Origin: Octopus vulgaris
Lineage: Eukaryota
Assembly (NCBI GenBank): GCA_951406725.2
Contig: OX597817.1
Location: 159,340,001-159,404,000 of the forward strand
Direction: 5' to 3'
DNA length: 64,000 nt
The translations under genes were made by a program, and so were the position numbers. Positions 40,666 through 55,107 of this stretch are shown here, one piece after another (position 1 is the first letter of the stretch; every line of letters starts with the position of its first letter). The notes beneath the pieces are model-generated. The model was not told the origin of the DNA, did not search any database, and was given only the letters and a program-made list of their open reading frames with translations.

Positions 40666-41353
40666 ATAATGTACAAATACAAATAGTAATATTAATAAAT
40701 GTTTTATGAATGTGTTCATACATGTATACGGACGTGCATAAAAAATAATCCATTTATATGTGTTATGCATTGATACAAAGTGAACCTATTGTCGTGTGCT
40801 ACTTATTTATTCTCCACCACCACTAACAGCACCACAGCTATAAGTACCACATGTTGGTTCTAATCAAATCCACATTAAGCTATGAATAAGCAATTCTTTT
40901 ATGCATATATGACTTATAAAAATTGTTCAATGTCGTCCACTGCTCTTAACCTGTATATTTTATTATCAACTGTTTTATTTCTGCATATTCCATAACAAAT
41001 TATTTAGTTGGCCATGTGTGTTTCATGTTAACTTTTCACAAATTGCTTTTACATAAAAATATATAAAATAAAATACATAAAATCTAAAAAAACAAGAAAA
41101 AAGTGATAAATTATGTTCTCACACTTTGTAAATGAAATGAATGGTAGATTCAGTGACACCAAACTCTTGGCCCACAGCTGCGAAATTTCCACCGTTATGT
41201 ATTTTCTTGATATTTTCTGGATCATCTCTACCTTTTCCTATAGCAAATACATTTGTTTATGTCATTTGTTAGAATCAAGTGCCTTCATGTGTTTTCTATT
41301 CACTAGTAGCATATTGATGAGTAGACATATGTACAGCCGTAGGAAAAATATGT

Positions 41354-41589
41354 GGTGCTACTTTGGTGTGTGATCTACAAGGGAGATTACTTTAGGTTAC
41401 TTTTTTAATTATTTTGTACATACTTAGCATTGTAAATGTATTTTTTCAAACTTTTTACTATTTTAATAAGAAAACCATATAATAATTAAAATAAGCATCT
41501 AGATCACACAGAAAGTAGCACTAACACAAAGTAAATTAAAAAGTAACCTAAAGTGATCTCCCTTGTAGATCACACACCAAAGTAGCACC
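41354..41589. mobile_element. MITE with ~55-bp TIRs starting GGTGC (Merlin-like)
   Basis: GGTGCTACTTTGGTGTGTGATCTACAAGGGAGAT... is mirrored at the right end. TSD AAATATGT/AAATATGC. Confidence 0.85.
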
Positions 41590-41911
41590 AAATATGCTAA
41601 CTTGCAGCATGGTCATGTAAATACAAGCAATAATCAGTGGTTGCTCATCACAATCTTCAACTTATTGCTGACTTGTGTTATCATAGATCAATCTGTGATA
41701 AGCATATCAAGGTTCATGGTTCACATTTAAGCATATCATGAACAAATCAGTGATATGTGGGGATAGATGTGCTTTACTTCAAGTTGGAAGTTATGGAACA
41801 ATATTAACAATCCTTTTCAAAGCTATCTCAGCTAATGTTGTGTAAGTCCTGACTGAACAACATACTGTACATAGGTGAAAGGCCAAGCAACTAGATGTGA
41901 TCCACAAATCT

Positions 41912-42142
41912 TATTTCTTTACTGCCCACAAGAGGCTACACACAGAGGGGACAAACAAGGACAGGCAAACGGATTAAGTCAATTATATCGACCCCAGTGC
42001 ATAACTGGTACTTATTTAATCAACCCTGAAAGGAAGAAAGGCAAAGTCTCACCTCAGCAGAATTTGAACTCAGGACGTAGTGGCAGATGAAACACTGCTA
42101 AACATTTCGCCCAGCATGCTAACGTTTCTGCCAGCTCGCCGC
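41912..42142 (-). mobile_element. SINE family C
   Basis: Full monomer with TSD GATCCAC(A/G)AATCT. Confidence 0.88.
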
Positions 42143-43773
42143 GATCCACGAATCTATGGTTTCTGAGGTGTCATACATACCTCCATCCAGTTTGAGTCCA
42201 TGCTGCATATTCTGATATGCAGTGGTTATTGTATGTGATGCAGTATTTTAATCTGGGTTTTGTTGTTGTGTGTAGCTGATGTTCTTTAAGAATCCTTTGC
42301 CTTTTGGTATCTTTAGTGAAAAACTATTTAGTTTCAGAGAGGCGTTGTAGTTCTGGATAAAGAACTGAATTAAGAGATGACCTAATAGTACATTGGGTGG
42401 AACACAGCTTTCTACTCTAAAGAGAGCAAAAACTGTGTACAAGCTTGCATGTATGTTTTTGTTTTAGGTAGGACAGTAGGGCACATTAGGTGGGACACAG
42501 CTTGTTGCTTCACAGAGAACAGGAACTGTACAAGGTTATGTTTTCTCTGTGTGTGTGTGTGTGTGTGTGTGTGTATCATCACTCTGTATCATATAAATTG
42601 ACTGTGTGTGTGTGTGTGTGTGTACATATCAATATTTCATATTTGGGTGAGTGAGATGGTTTATTTGTCAGAGTAATTGTTTTTACAGCTGGTTACCCAA
42701 CCTACTTCTAAACCACTCTGTGAAATAGGAGTGGGATCCGTATCAGGTTAACTGGAGTTATTTGTTGGTAGTGCTAAGATTTGAACTTTCAACCATGTGG
42801 TCAGCATGACAGAATACTGTCAGATAGTCTAGTACATCAGAGTTGGGGTGTTTGGCTGAGCCAATGAAAGAAGGGCGGCACTTATGACTCTTTTCCGTCT
42901 CCAAGTCTTGAAAGGGAAAAAGAAAATTGTCTGACTGAGACCTAGCTTGTGTGCTTACTACTTACAGGTACCTAAAACATAGTCCCTCCAAAAGGCTTGA
43001 AGCAGTTTCTGTCTAACAAGATTTTGTTGACTTGGAGCTATTAGAAGACTCATGTTTGAGGTGCTATTCTGTGGGATCTGGCCTACATAATTTTTGAAAC
43101 TATCTTCTTAAACCACACAGGCCTATTTGCTACCCATTGCTGTTGTTGTTGATGTTATTGTGTTCAATTTTGATCAAGCAAACCTGTAGCATACAAGAAC
43201 TCAGCTGAATGACTAATCATGACCCACAGAACATTTGTTCGAGATGTACATGCCTCTACCTAGGTCTGATGACTTGGGATTTGAACAAATGGGATAATTG
43301 ATATTGGAGTTTTTTTTTTTCCTTCTGGACTGAGTATTTAAGATCATGTTTTGACAACAGCATAGGGTTGTCTGGGCATTTGGAGGTGAATGTGCATATT
43401 GTAACATGGTTTGTTAAGGCTGGAATTTGCTGTTGTACCTAGCGTGTTAAGGTGGTCTTCAGTTTTTAGGACTTTTTATCTTGTTGTGTAGGTGGGCGAG
43501 AGGTGTGCTGTATATACAAACAACCTGGTATGTTGCAGAAAATGCTGTTTTGTGTTCTTTGTAGTTTGGGTTTTGCTGTGGAGAGATTAAAGGTTAGTCA
43601 GAGCTTTGCTAATTCATGGTGGATTTAGTGTTTTTTGTACACTACTCATATCTTTCTGTTGGCCAAATATGGTACTTGTCAATAGTGCTCTGTGTAATAA
43701 TTGTGAAGTGTTTTTTATTTACTATATCATCGAATTTTGATGAGATATTACAGGTTAACTCCTATTTATTTTC

Positions 43774-43776
<3 letters not shown>

Positions 43777-43811
<35 letters not shown>

Positions 43812-44040
43812 AGGGTGTGTGTGAGAGAGGGTGTGTGTGTGTGAGAGAGGGTGTGTGTGTGTGAGAGATGGTGTGTGTGTGTGTGAGAGATGGTGTGTGT
43901 GTGTGAGAGAGGGTGTGTGTGTGTGAGAGAGGGTGTGTGTGTGTGTGTGAGAAAGGGTGTGTGTGTGTGTGTGTGAGAGAGGGTGTGTGTGTGTGTGTGT
44001 GTGTGAGAGTGTGTGTGAGAGAGAGAGAAAGAGAGAGAGA
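43777..44040. repeat. Compound (GT)n/(GA)n minisatellite
   Basis: Repeated (GT)nGAGAGAGG units. Confidence 0.9.
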
Positions 44041-44759
44041 TGGTTGGTTGGTTATATTTAATAAACAGTTTAGGGCCTCTAAGATGGACATAGCTGTTAG
44101 CAGTGTTGCTATGTAAATTCATTTGTGGCTACAAAAACATCAGTAGAAATTAATAAAAACTCATCTATCTAGAGAAGCTGTGTGTGTGTATGCACCTCGA
44201 TGATTAGTGACAATCTCTAGTCACTACTCTTTTGAGGGAGATTAAAGCATCTTCTGACCACAGGACCCAAAGAGAGGATGATGCTCAAAGTTCCCTAATT
44301 TCTTAGGAAGTAGACAGGGCAAAGATAAGCAAGATGGAAATAGGTATTAAAAGGGTTGCACAGATTAGGACTTGGGAGGTTACAAGCTGGTTTATTCTCC
44401 ACAAAGAAAAGGTCAAGATCTGGTGAATGAAGGTTTATCTACCATCGGGAAGAAGAGTGGAGGGGGGGGTCAGTCGTTTGTTTTGTAGTGAAGGTTTGCC
44501 AATCACTCGTTTTTTTTTGTTTTTTGGTGGGGCGATTAACATTTTGTTTTGTAGTCTAGAATGTTGAACAGCTGTTTTATCCCAGCCACGGGTCACTGTT
44601 AAGAGTGGAAGTAGTTTTCTGGCCTACCATTTTAATATTGGCAGTGTTAAAGCTTGGCTGACTTACCTTAGGTAAACTGTGTGGATCTCTGGTGACCACA
44701 TGACCCACTGGGCTGTGGGGTTTTGATTGCATATCTTTTTTTTTTTTTACACACATCCC

Positions 44760-45170
44760 ACCCCCCCCTCTCTCTCTCTCTCTCTCTCTGAGCTATCAGT
44801 TTGTCTCTCTTTCTCACTCTCTCTCCAACTCTTCATCTCTCTACCTTTGTTTCTCTCACTCTCTCCCACTTCTTTCATTCATTCTGTCCCCTCCCTCTCT
44901 CTCTCTTACTTGTGCACACACACATAATTTGTCCCATCCTCTCATTCTTACTTGCTCTTTCACTCTGTCCTTCTCTTTCGCTTTTCTCTTTCTTTCTTTC
45001 TCTCTCTCTCTTTCTCTTTCTCTCTCTTTATCCCTCTTTCTTTCTCCCTCTCTCTTTCTCTTTTTCTTTCTTTCTCTCTCTCTTTCTTTCCCTCTCTCTT
45101 TCTCTTTTCTTTCTCTCTCCCTCTCTCTCTCTCTTTCTTTCTCTCTCTTTCTCCTTCTCTCTTTCTCTCG
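44760..45170. repeat. CT-rich polypyrimidine tract
   Basis: Read directly from the sequence. Confidence 0.9.
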
Positions 45171-46034
45171 ATCAGACTGCCAATTATTCACCCGCCGTAC
45201 ATCGTTTTTCTTTTTTTCTCCTTTTTTTCACCCACATGAAATCGACCGTTGATACGTAATGTTCTCTGAACGACGTAGTTGCTGTTGTTGCTGTTGTTGT
45301 TGTTCTTGTTCTTGCGACTGCTATTGCTGCTCTAGAGTGCAGCCGACAACAAAAACTACAGTAGCAACAGCATTTGCAGCAACAACATTTTAGAAACAGA
45401 TAGATGGGACGAGAGGTCAGTTGTACTCTTGATGTTGACTAGACATAAGCCTGTCTGATGGCAGCTGGCATATTCTCTCTCTCTCTCTCTTTTTTTCTCG
45501 TCCTTTTCATACATCTGTTCTGCCACGCACTGACACAACCACCACCACCAACATCACCATCACCACAAGTCTAGTACCAGCTCTGCCACCGACCGATTAT
45601 TTTCAAGTGACACCCTTTTCTCTCTCTGTTTGTGTCTCGCTATTTTTGCTTTTCTCTCGGCTCCACCCTAGTCCCTTTCTTTATGTTAGAAGGCTTTCTT
45701 CTTTCGTTCTTTTCAGACAAAAACCCTAAACTTACAGTACACCGTACTTGCCTGCTAAGGGCTGGTCATCGCTGTGCATCCGCCGATAGTATTGTTTATT
45801 AAGCAGAGGCCTTGATCGTAGGCAGTGAGGTTGACAGTTGTTAGTGCGTAAAGAGAAAAGTAAAAAGGAAAAAAACCTCGCCTATGTGTTCCGATTGTTA
45901 ACGCTCCGAGTTCAACTACTTTGCTTTTCATTCTTTCGGGGTCGGTAAAATAATTTAAGTCTAGAGCAGTGGATTAACGGGCTCAGTTTAACGCCACTAT
46001 CTGGGCTTTGGGGGTCATCAGCCGAGAAGGGCTA

Positions 46035-46318
46035 TGAACACTCTTTCATTTTGATCTCCATGTGTCTAACACACGTGGACATGCCTACAAAGTCAGAAAA
46101 CAACACAGCTCCCATGACTTTCGGAAACACTTTTTCACGCTCAGAGTTGCTGAAGCATGGAATAAACTGCCTGCGTCAGTCGTTGACTGCCATGACACTG
46201 CATCCTTTAAGGCCCTCATGCTTTCCGAAATCCGCCGAAACTACACCTGATTATATATACACTTTAGATGAGTTGTAGTGCACCTGAGCACTGTACACAA
46301 TTATTATTATTATTATTA
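46035..46318 (+). mobile_element. 5'-truncated CR1/L2-type LINE 3' end
   Basis: NTRGHAYKV...FRKHFFTLRVAEAWNKLPASVV...SFK, then a short 3' UTR and (ATT)n tail. Confidence 0.88.
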
Positions 46319-46350
46319 AACACACATTATACACACTGTATGTGCAGGCC

Positions 46351-46381
<31 letters not shown>

Positions 46382-46887
46382 ATGTATGTATGTATGTGTG
46401 TATGTATGTATGATTAGCAGTTGGTAAACTGCTAATCATACACACACCGGAACTCCGAAAGAAATTTTATAAGGCGGAAACAATACAGCTTTCGAGCCCC
46501 GTAAGAAATGGACCCTCTCTATATTTAAGAGTATCGTGAGTTGGGTTTTTGGGTGTGGGGCATCAGATAATCACGGGCCGCTCCTAGGTTTTACGGACCA
46601 CAGATTGAAATACTAATTGAACCCATCTCTTAGAGGCTCTGACTATGTAGACAAGCTTCCCCTCTACTCGTCACCGATTTTGGCAAAGGAAAAGACACGG
46701 TCGATACAGCTCATGGCGCCTGTATCGTCGCATGGGGTTGCTGTGAGAAAGGCAAAGAGCCAGCCATCCCATGCTCTAACGGTTTCACCACTCCACCACC
46801 CTGGTTATATATGTAAACAAATGCTGATGCAATCTTTCCGTGGGTAGGAGGAGAATGAGGGTCAGACCAGCTTGGGACGCTATACAA

Positions 46888-47207
46888 CAGGAGCTCTCAA
46901 CCATTTTTATATATGGACCCCTCTGATTACTATATTACTTAGGTGGACCCTAATTACCATTCGATTTTTAAAAAAAAATTAAATAGAGACTTCTTTCGCA
47001 ATTTCTATTTTATTTTTCAAACCTTAACTTGTGTTGGTTGAACTATGTAAAATGTTAGACAAAGAAACCCAGCTGTTTCTTGCAATACATACTTTTAAAG
47101 AAATATTTTATTTCAGAGGCCCTTGATATACTAGTGGAGTCCCAATTCAATATTTTGTTGCGTGGACCCCTCCAAAATCTTATATGGACCCCGGTTGAGA
47201 AACACTG
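46888..47207. mobile_element. hAT-type MITE
   Basis: CAG...TCTCAACC / GGTTGAGAAACACTG TIRs and 8-bp TSD CTATACAA/CTGTACAA. Confidence 0.8.
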
Positions 47208-47249
47208 CTGTACAACAACTACGTATTTTTTTTATTTATCTAAGGATAG

Positions 47250-47425
47250 ACTCTTTACTCTTTTACTTGTTTCAGTCATTTGACTGTGGCCATGCTGGAG
47301 CACCGCCTTTAGTCGAGCAAATCTACCCCGGGACTTATTCTTTGTAAGCCCAGTACTTATTCTATCGGTCTCTTTTGCCGAACCGCTAAGTGACGGGGAC
47401 GTAAACACACCAGCATCGGTTGTCA

Positions 47426-47515
<90 letters not shown>

Positions 47516-47673
47516 GCTTCTTTCAGTTTCCGTCTACCAAATCCACTCACAAGGCTTTGGTTGGCCCGAGGCTAGAGTAGAAGACACTTGCCCAAGATGC
47601 CACGCAGTGGGACTGAACCCAGAACCATGTGGTTGGTAAGCAAGCTACTTACCACACAGCCACTCCTACGCCT
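47250..47673 (-). mobile_element. SINE family A
   Basis: Full length. Confidence 0.9.
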
Positions 47674-47840
47674 GTTCTCATTCCATTTGCCTACCAAGGG
47701 TATTTGCCTCATTAGTATTCTCCTGTTGCTGTGTCACTTAGTCGTTCTGTTTTGAATCAAAGTAGTGTATATGTTTTGGTTGACCAAGTGATTGAATGCA
47801 CTCCCTCTAGGTAAACACTTAATCAGTTCAGGTATCAGTT

Positions 47841-48462
47841 CAGGTATGGCTGTATGGTTAAGAAGCTCGCTTTGTAACCACGTGGTTTCGGGTTCAGTCC
47901 CACTATGCAGTACTTTGAGCAAGTATCTTCTACTATAATCCCGAGCCGACCAATACCTTGTCGGTGAATTTGATGAACGGAAACTGTATGTATATATTTC
48001 TTTATTACCCACAAGGGGCTAAACACAGAGGGGACAAACAAGGATAGACAAACGGATTAAGTCAATTATGTCGACCCCAGTGCGTAACTGGCACTTTATT
48101 TATCGACCCCGAAAGGATGAAAGGCAAAGTCGACCTCGGCGGAATTTGAACTCAGAACGTAGCGGCAGACGATATACGGCTACGCATTTCGCCCGGCGTG
48201 CTAACGTTTCTGCCGGCTCGCCGCCTTCGGAAACTGTATGTATGTATATACGCATGCGTGTGTATGTCTTTGTGTTTGTCCCTCCACTCCCCCACTTGAC
48301 CGATGTTTTGTTTATATCGCCGTAACTTAGCACTGCGACAAAAGGGACCGATAGAATAAGCACTAAACTTAGAAATAAGAACGGTGTTCGATTCCTTCCA
48401 CTAAACCTTCCAAGGCGGTACCCAGGCATGATTGCAGTTCAATAACTGAAACAAGTAAAAGA
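47841..48462 (+). mobile_element. Older SINE family A copy split by a nested SINE C
   Basis: Head at 47841-47993 and remainder at 48228-48462. Confidence 0.8.
47994..48227 (-). mobile_element. SINE family C nested in SINE A
   Basis: 16-bp TSD CGGAAACTGTATGTAT. Confidence 0.9.
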
Positions 48463-48629
48463 TGGTTTTCACCTGTATACAGGTCTTTCTGGGGGTGACT
48501 ACCGAAGCACAGCATTTGCATTGATTCTTTCAGTTGTCTTATCTTCCAACGTTGTTCTATTTGTGGATCTTGACTTTGATCCACAAGTCCACTTTGATCC
48601 ACAATTAACCACGCTTGTTCTCTCTCCCC

Positions 48630-48667
<38 letters not shown>

Positions 48668-51600
48668 ATGGATTATAACTTTACAATATTCCTGTAGCCC
48701 TTCTCTTTGGTGGCGGCTGGTCCCCTTACTCTGTAATTGCATGACTTAGGTGAAATACACAGTTCTTGGTTAGGATCTCTCCTGACGGTAGCCTTGTTTG
48801 AGAGTCCTGTCGTGTTGGTGAGTTCTGATGTGGTAAGCCACTTCACAAAGAAGAGGCTCTAACAGTGATTAGAGATGAACTGACGTCAGACCCTTCAATT
48901 GGAGCAATATAGTAGAATGTTCATAGATAATTTAGAGATATTGACGTTTTATGTATAAACAATATGCACAAAAAATATACTTTCAGTTGTGAGTGGCCTG
49001 TGTCAATAAAGCGTATGTTAGCTATGGGTGCATACATAGGCTACTTAGCGAAAATAGTTTTAGGAACGACATATTTAAGCCAACCACGTGGCTGAGATAA
49101 GCAGATGATACTTTCAAGTACTACTGGACCATGTGAGCTCAATGAGACGTTTTGATGCCATTCATAATTTTAAAGGAAAAGGACAATTAACTGACCTTCC
49201 TGGATGTGCTGATAAACCGCAATGTGTAGATTTACGACTTTTGTTTCACGAAAACTCTCGTTGACTGTATAACAACAACGTGTGTGTGAATTACTATTTT
49301 TGTTTCCGTTTAATGATTTCAGCGTTTATACAGCGCCATGAAGGATTTGATTGGTCGAATCGTCCCCATTACTTATTCTTAAGTCTGGTACTTATGTTAT
49401 CAGACTCTATTTGTCGATTTGCAAGTTATAGGACATTAGAGTTGACAAACAATGCTAGTTTTTAACTAACGTCATTCTGAAAAAAACAAAAACAAACAAA
49501 CTCGTACACGACGGGCTTCTGCACGATTTCTGTCGACCAAATTTCACTCACAATGCAATCTCCTTTATCATTGCAACCACGGAGGAAAACTGTCCTCTCC
49601 GATCAAAGGGAATCGATAGAGAGAACTTCATGATAGACTGGGCTGAGATCCCAACCTGTTCTACAAATATCAAAAGTTGACAGAATTCTGCTGGTAATGC
49701 TCTTTGCACGTCTCGATCGGACCTGCTCTCCGCACATTTCGATCGAGATGTGCTTTGCCTATAGAGTTCATTCTAAACCAATATTTTCCATTCTCCCGGT
49801 AGCGTTTTCAAGCCTGGAATTTCAAGAAGTTTTTCATAGTTTGCAGGCTGAAAGTTCTCCGGAATAGGCTGGCAGGTGATTTCTCTTCATTGTCCAAGTT
49901 CTTCCTGAAGATGCTGTCGCTCTTTCGCCCACCTCTAACTGCTTATGCAATGTACAGGCGGTTAAGGGAGGGTGCAATGTATGAGTTGACACAACACTAA
50001 CCGTACTGACTGTATGATACAGAATTGTGAGTGCCTGACAGCATCCCAGATGCCAGGCGCCCCCTCTTAGTCTTCGCTTGGTCCAGGACTGCAGCTACGT
50101 GACAGAAACTAACTGCAGGAAAACTTGCCTCTCAAACGGTAACCAAACCATCCACCGTCTGAGAATTTCTGCAGATTCCCTAGCATCAATGTATACCTGT
50201 ACATCATCAGCCACGGCATACCAAATCCTCTGCGCAGAGGATGTTGGCAGGAGATTACTTTCCTCACCATTAGAAGTCAGAGAAGCTGGTTAGGTGAAAA
50301 CTGGAACGAGGAAGCCATTAATAACGGAAATTATGAATGCGTTTGTCCTTCTGTCCAGCCCTTCAAGAGTAGCACTTTTCTGAGTGACACTGGGTCAAAC
50401 CAAAGCATCTTAAGAGAACCAGTGACCCAGTAACCCGTGATGCTGGCATGGGTGCTGAAATGCAAGTTCACTGACTTAATACTTGTTTTTGTTACCAACT
50501 CGCATTCTTTCAATATTGTACTGAAAACTCCGATAATCGTGCTGTCCGACACCATAACTTTGACGTCCTTCACGTATCCTAATACGGCCTTCTCGCGTTC
50601 CAGTTCGAGTCGGTTGCTCCTCAACGTTTAGAACTAAGATTTTTAGCATCGGCACAATGCTGCAAATATTTGAGTGAGGATGATGCTTGACCAATACTGA
50701 TTTTTATCGAAACAGAAAGAATGAAAGTCGTAGTCAACCTCGACGAGGTTTGATTCGAGTATGTGAAGCGACTTCAATGCACAAATGTATTTTGTTCAAC
50801 GTTTAACCTATTTTGCCACCCATCTCGTCCCAAAACAACAATCATGATGATAATGACCCAAATTGTCGTTGCTATCCGTTAGGCCCCTAAAATCATTGTA
50901 GCGAACCTAGGACCCGAATCCCATTCTCTAAATTTTCAGGTTAGTGTCATTAATGAACCACAAATGAAACCTGCAATTTTCATACAATTTTCACGTGTAC
51001 ACCCTCTTCATCGAGCAATCGGATCACGCCTCAAAATTAAAACAAATTGTCCTTGAGATTCGCACGTTTTTCTCTAGTGATAAGCAAACTTGCAAAGATT
51101 AAGGGCAGAAGTTGAGAGCAACCAGCGAGGAAACATTTCACCACTCGACACAGATAAGTCAGATCGGGGCAGAGCTTTAGCAAAATTCGGCGAACTCACA
51201 TCTCAATTTCTTTTGTCCCAAGAAAACAAATGGTTGAGTTAACTCATTTAAAGATACATTATTTCATTTCTCGCTACAAGCCAGAAATGAGTAGATTCGA
51301 ATAAATTCGAATCTCGATTTTCATTCAAGACTAATTCGGTCTTGTCTCTTGAGCAATGTCTCTGGAATTTAAACACTATGAAAGACAGTCCCTATATCCT
51401 AAGTCTGTCTACCAGTGAATATCTGAAAATTCTTGTGTGAGTGTAATATGATCTACCATTTCTTAAATGAATTATGAAATATTCGAGTTTTGTTCCTGTT
51501 CGCGACACGGTATAATCCTTTAAACGAAAGACCACGGCAACAATGGAGAAGACCAACTCTTCTCCGCGGTACCATAAACTACTTATTCCTCAAATACTGA

Positions 51601-52353
51601 ATGTTTTATTTATCTATAAGTGGTTAATAGGTCCCTCACCATTAACTAGACATCAGTATTCTAAGGATCGTGTCATTTAGGAACGAAGGAACAAATTTAT
51701 CGATCACTAATCCTACCCATGAATTAAACTTGTTTTTGTAATATATGTTATGCGAGTAATTTAAGGATCAAAGATTTTCGGTTCTTGTTGACATGGAAAC
51801 AAGTGATACATATACGAACCAGACTGTCTTGTGTCTTGCGATTATGTTGATAATGATGTTGATGGATTGATAAGAAAATTACTTTGTTATGGAAACAAAT
51901 ACACACATTCTCTCCCGTCGACTCTCTTTTTAACGGTGTGTGTGCGTGTGTATAAAGATAGATAGGTGGATAGATAGCCAGCCCTCTCAATGTATATCTG
52001 TCTCTTCTGGTTTCTCTGATACATACTGATGTCATCTTCCAGAAAGTAGACAAAACTCCATTAGTTTTATCTAAGGATCACATTAACACTCTCCACTCCA
52101 TTTAACACTCAACAAACATGGTTACGTTATCAGAGATTATGTATAGTGGCGATAGTCATAATAATGGATGTAATGTTTATGCTGATAGTAATGATGATCA
52201 TGATAATGATTAATAATATAGATAGCTTGGTGGTATGATGATAAAATAGATTGACAATAGTGCAGGTGATGATGATGATTGTAATGATTATGCTGAGGCG
52301 GGTATGTAATGATCGCTGCAAAGTTGTCAGAATATAATAATTGTGATGACATG

Positions 52354-52710
52354 GTTGTTGTTGAGCGAAGCGGTCTTCGTCCCTGTGGGAGAAGTCTGAA
52401 ACGTGATCCTTTGCTATTCGTAAGACCCGCAGAAGAGAAAGCAGGTCAACCCCCGACACCGAGAGCATCGATGGATGGATGAATGCGCATCCAGGCTCAG
52501 CGGTTGCGTAGGAGGTCGGGGACAAGAAACAGGAAGAAAGAGTGAGAGAAAGTTGGAGCGAAAGAGTACAACAGGGGTCACCCCCCCCCACCTGCTGGAG
52601 CCTCGTGGAGCTTTAGGTGTTTTCGCTCAATAAACACACACAACGCTCGGTCTGGGAATCGAAACTGCGATCCTCCGACCGCGAGTCTGCTGTCCTAACC
52701 ACTGGGCCAT
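52354..52710 (-). mobile_element. SINE with family B head/body but a different 3' half and (CAA)n tail
   Basis: 52525-52710 matches family B. 52354-52525 is unrelated to the B tail. Confidence 0.8.
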
Positions 52711-53915
52711 TTATTCAGACATTACATTGTCCCAGGTCGTAGTTTGAGAGTTGTGGTTTCACATGTTAGCACATCAAATGACCACGGATCAATCCCGTTC
52801 TAGGATGGTTATTGTGACAGCAATGCTCGTTTTATCAATTCTCAATTTCCGGTGTAATGGCAAATCGTTCCTTTAGGGATTTTTGTATACACGCACGCAC
52901 ATACCGTTCTCAGAGCTCGTTTCTTCAATAGTGCAGACGCTCGGTGTGGCGGAGTGGAATCAGTGGGTATAAAAGGTCTCCTCCTTCCCATTTCCTCGTC
53001 TGCGTTTTCTATAGAGAAAGGACAGCTGCCGTTGATAAGATTTATGTAGGTATGGATGGATGTACGAGTGCATGATGTATGTATATATGTGTCAATATGC
53101 GTGTGAGTGAAGATGAAGAACCTGATAGCAAGCATCATTGAAAGCTTATAGTTTGCTGCTAACCATCTTTGATAAAGGGCTGTTTGTTTGTTGTTGACAT
53201 CTTCATTGTAACAATATCAGTAATTGTTATCGTCGCTGTTTACGTATGTATATTTTATACGCCGTGCATGCGAGTTAGGAGTGTAGAGGGTAGTATCAAC
53301 CCGATTATTGTGAGCCCCAGTTCTTCAACCCTATTGAAGACTGGGCCTAAACTGTCAAGTCATGTGACAGACGTATTGTACTTGTACTGCTTACTCACAC
53401 TTACGTCTCTTCTGCATTTTCATTTCTTCTTTTTGTTATCTAAATAGCCTCTTTAGTTCGCGGCATCTGGCGACATCGCTAGCAAATAGTTGGGTACCTG
53501 TGGAGACGTCACGCACCCTATCATCCTATTTCTGTTTGTTCGGACACAAACAAGGTCTGCTGATATGATGCTGGTACTAAGTGGATGGTCTAGAGGCACG
53601 TGATTTTAGTAATTACTAGACACAGACATTCGGACCAGTTACATACTTAGACACACAGACACGCACTTTCTTTCTCTCTCATCAACAATATCCTTACCAC
53701 CATTCTTGTTGGTTGATTTTTCTTGAAGAGAATGAGAAAATATTCTGGTCAATTTTTTGTTGTTGTTGTCACCGTTCTTCTTACTTAGCGTGATGTTTTT
53801 TTTATCCTTTTTTTTTTTCTACCTTCATTCTTTTCATTCTTAATTTTCATGACCCAAGTCTGTATAGCTAGGATTTTTTTCTCGACTCAAAAATATCCAG
53901 GGGCTATTTAACATT

Positions 53916-54036
<121 letters not shown>

Positions 54037-54699
54037 CAATAATAAGGCACTGAAAATCAAATCAAAATGCATGTGTTGATCTGCCGTGCAATTGGCATTA
54101 ATCTCTACTTCTCTTAGTACACCAACACACATCTCCTCTAGTTTTTACTTCCAGTCCGATTCATGTCAATGCTGCAGATTATTACCATTCTACTAGTTCT
54201 AGTGACTACCATTATCATTATTCAGTAAGATATTTGCTTGGTTATATCGACTCCACCTTCTTCCTCTGAGATCTGAGTTGTTGTTGTTTGTTGTTATGGT
54301 GGTGATGTAAGCAACAATTCATGAAGTAGCTGCGTTGGGATAAGAAGATTAGTTGATATGCTTTTTTAAAGTGTGTTTTCACTTTGTCCCAAAACTGATT
54401 AATTAAACGACGGCAATCTACACTATACATGCTGGCATGCTCTACTCGCCATCTTAATGAGTTTCGTGAACGAAAAGACTGTTATTCACTGAAAATAATC
54501 TTGTTCATTAAACGTTTCATTCACTCTTTTTCCCTGTACTCCGAATAAAAGTCAAATAGCCGTTATCATCTGTTTTCTAACTTATCAGCTCATCTGTGTT
54601 ATCTACTAATGTTCTCTTGTGCTTCTTGCTCCAAAGTCATCGTCTGCTTTCTAGCGATGCTGTTCTCAGGTCGTTTTACTTTGCTTCACCTTTGGCCTA

Positions 54700-55076
54700 C
54701 CATACTTCTGGGATACTTTTATTTTTTATTTTTCTCCAGCTTTTTACTTTTATTTATTTATTTATCTCCATTATCCTCTTTCCCATTTTATATTTTTGCT
54801 TTCAATTTCTATCGTATTTTCTCCCTTTTTACTTTCAACCCATCCCTTTATCCTACCTTCCCCCTTTTTTTTTTTCGCTGTTCATTCATTCTCATGCTCT
54901 CTTACTTAATATCTTTCCCCTCTCTCATTATAGAAAAATTATGGTACGTTTTCCTCTCTGTCATTCCCTCTCTAATTGCTTTTTCGTTTTCCATGTTTCA
55001 TTTCCCAAATTGTTCCTTTCGCTTCCCCCCTCCTCCCTCCACCTTTCATCTGAGCATGTTTTCGCGACTCTCTTTC

Positions 55077-55107
<31 letters not shown>

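Noticed and set aside
44583-44660. miR-34-like TGGCAGTG...GGCTG with partial upstream complement
   Set aside because: Only the seed matches, it is on the wrong arm, the loop is large and pairing is poor.
49560-50640. Possible decayed LINE coding sequence
   Set aside because: Only weak motif hints, not in a consistent order.
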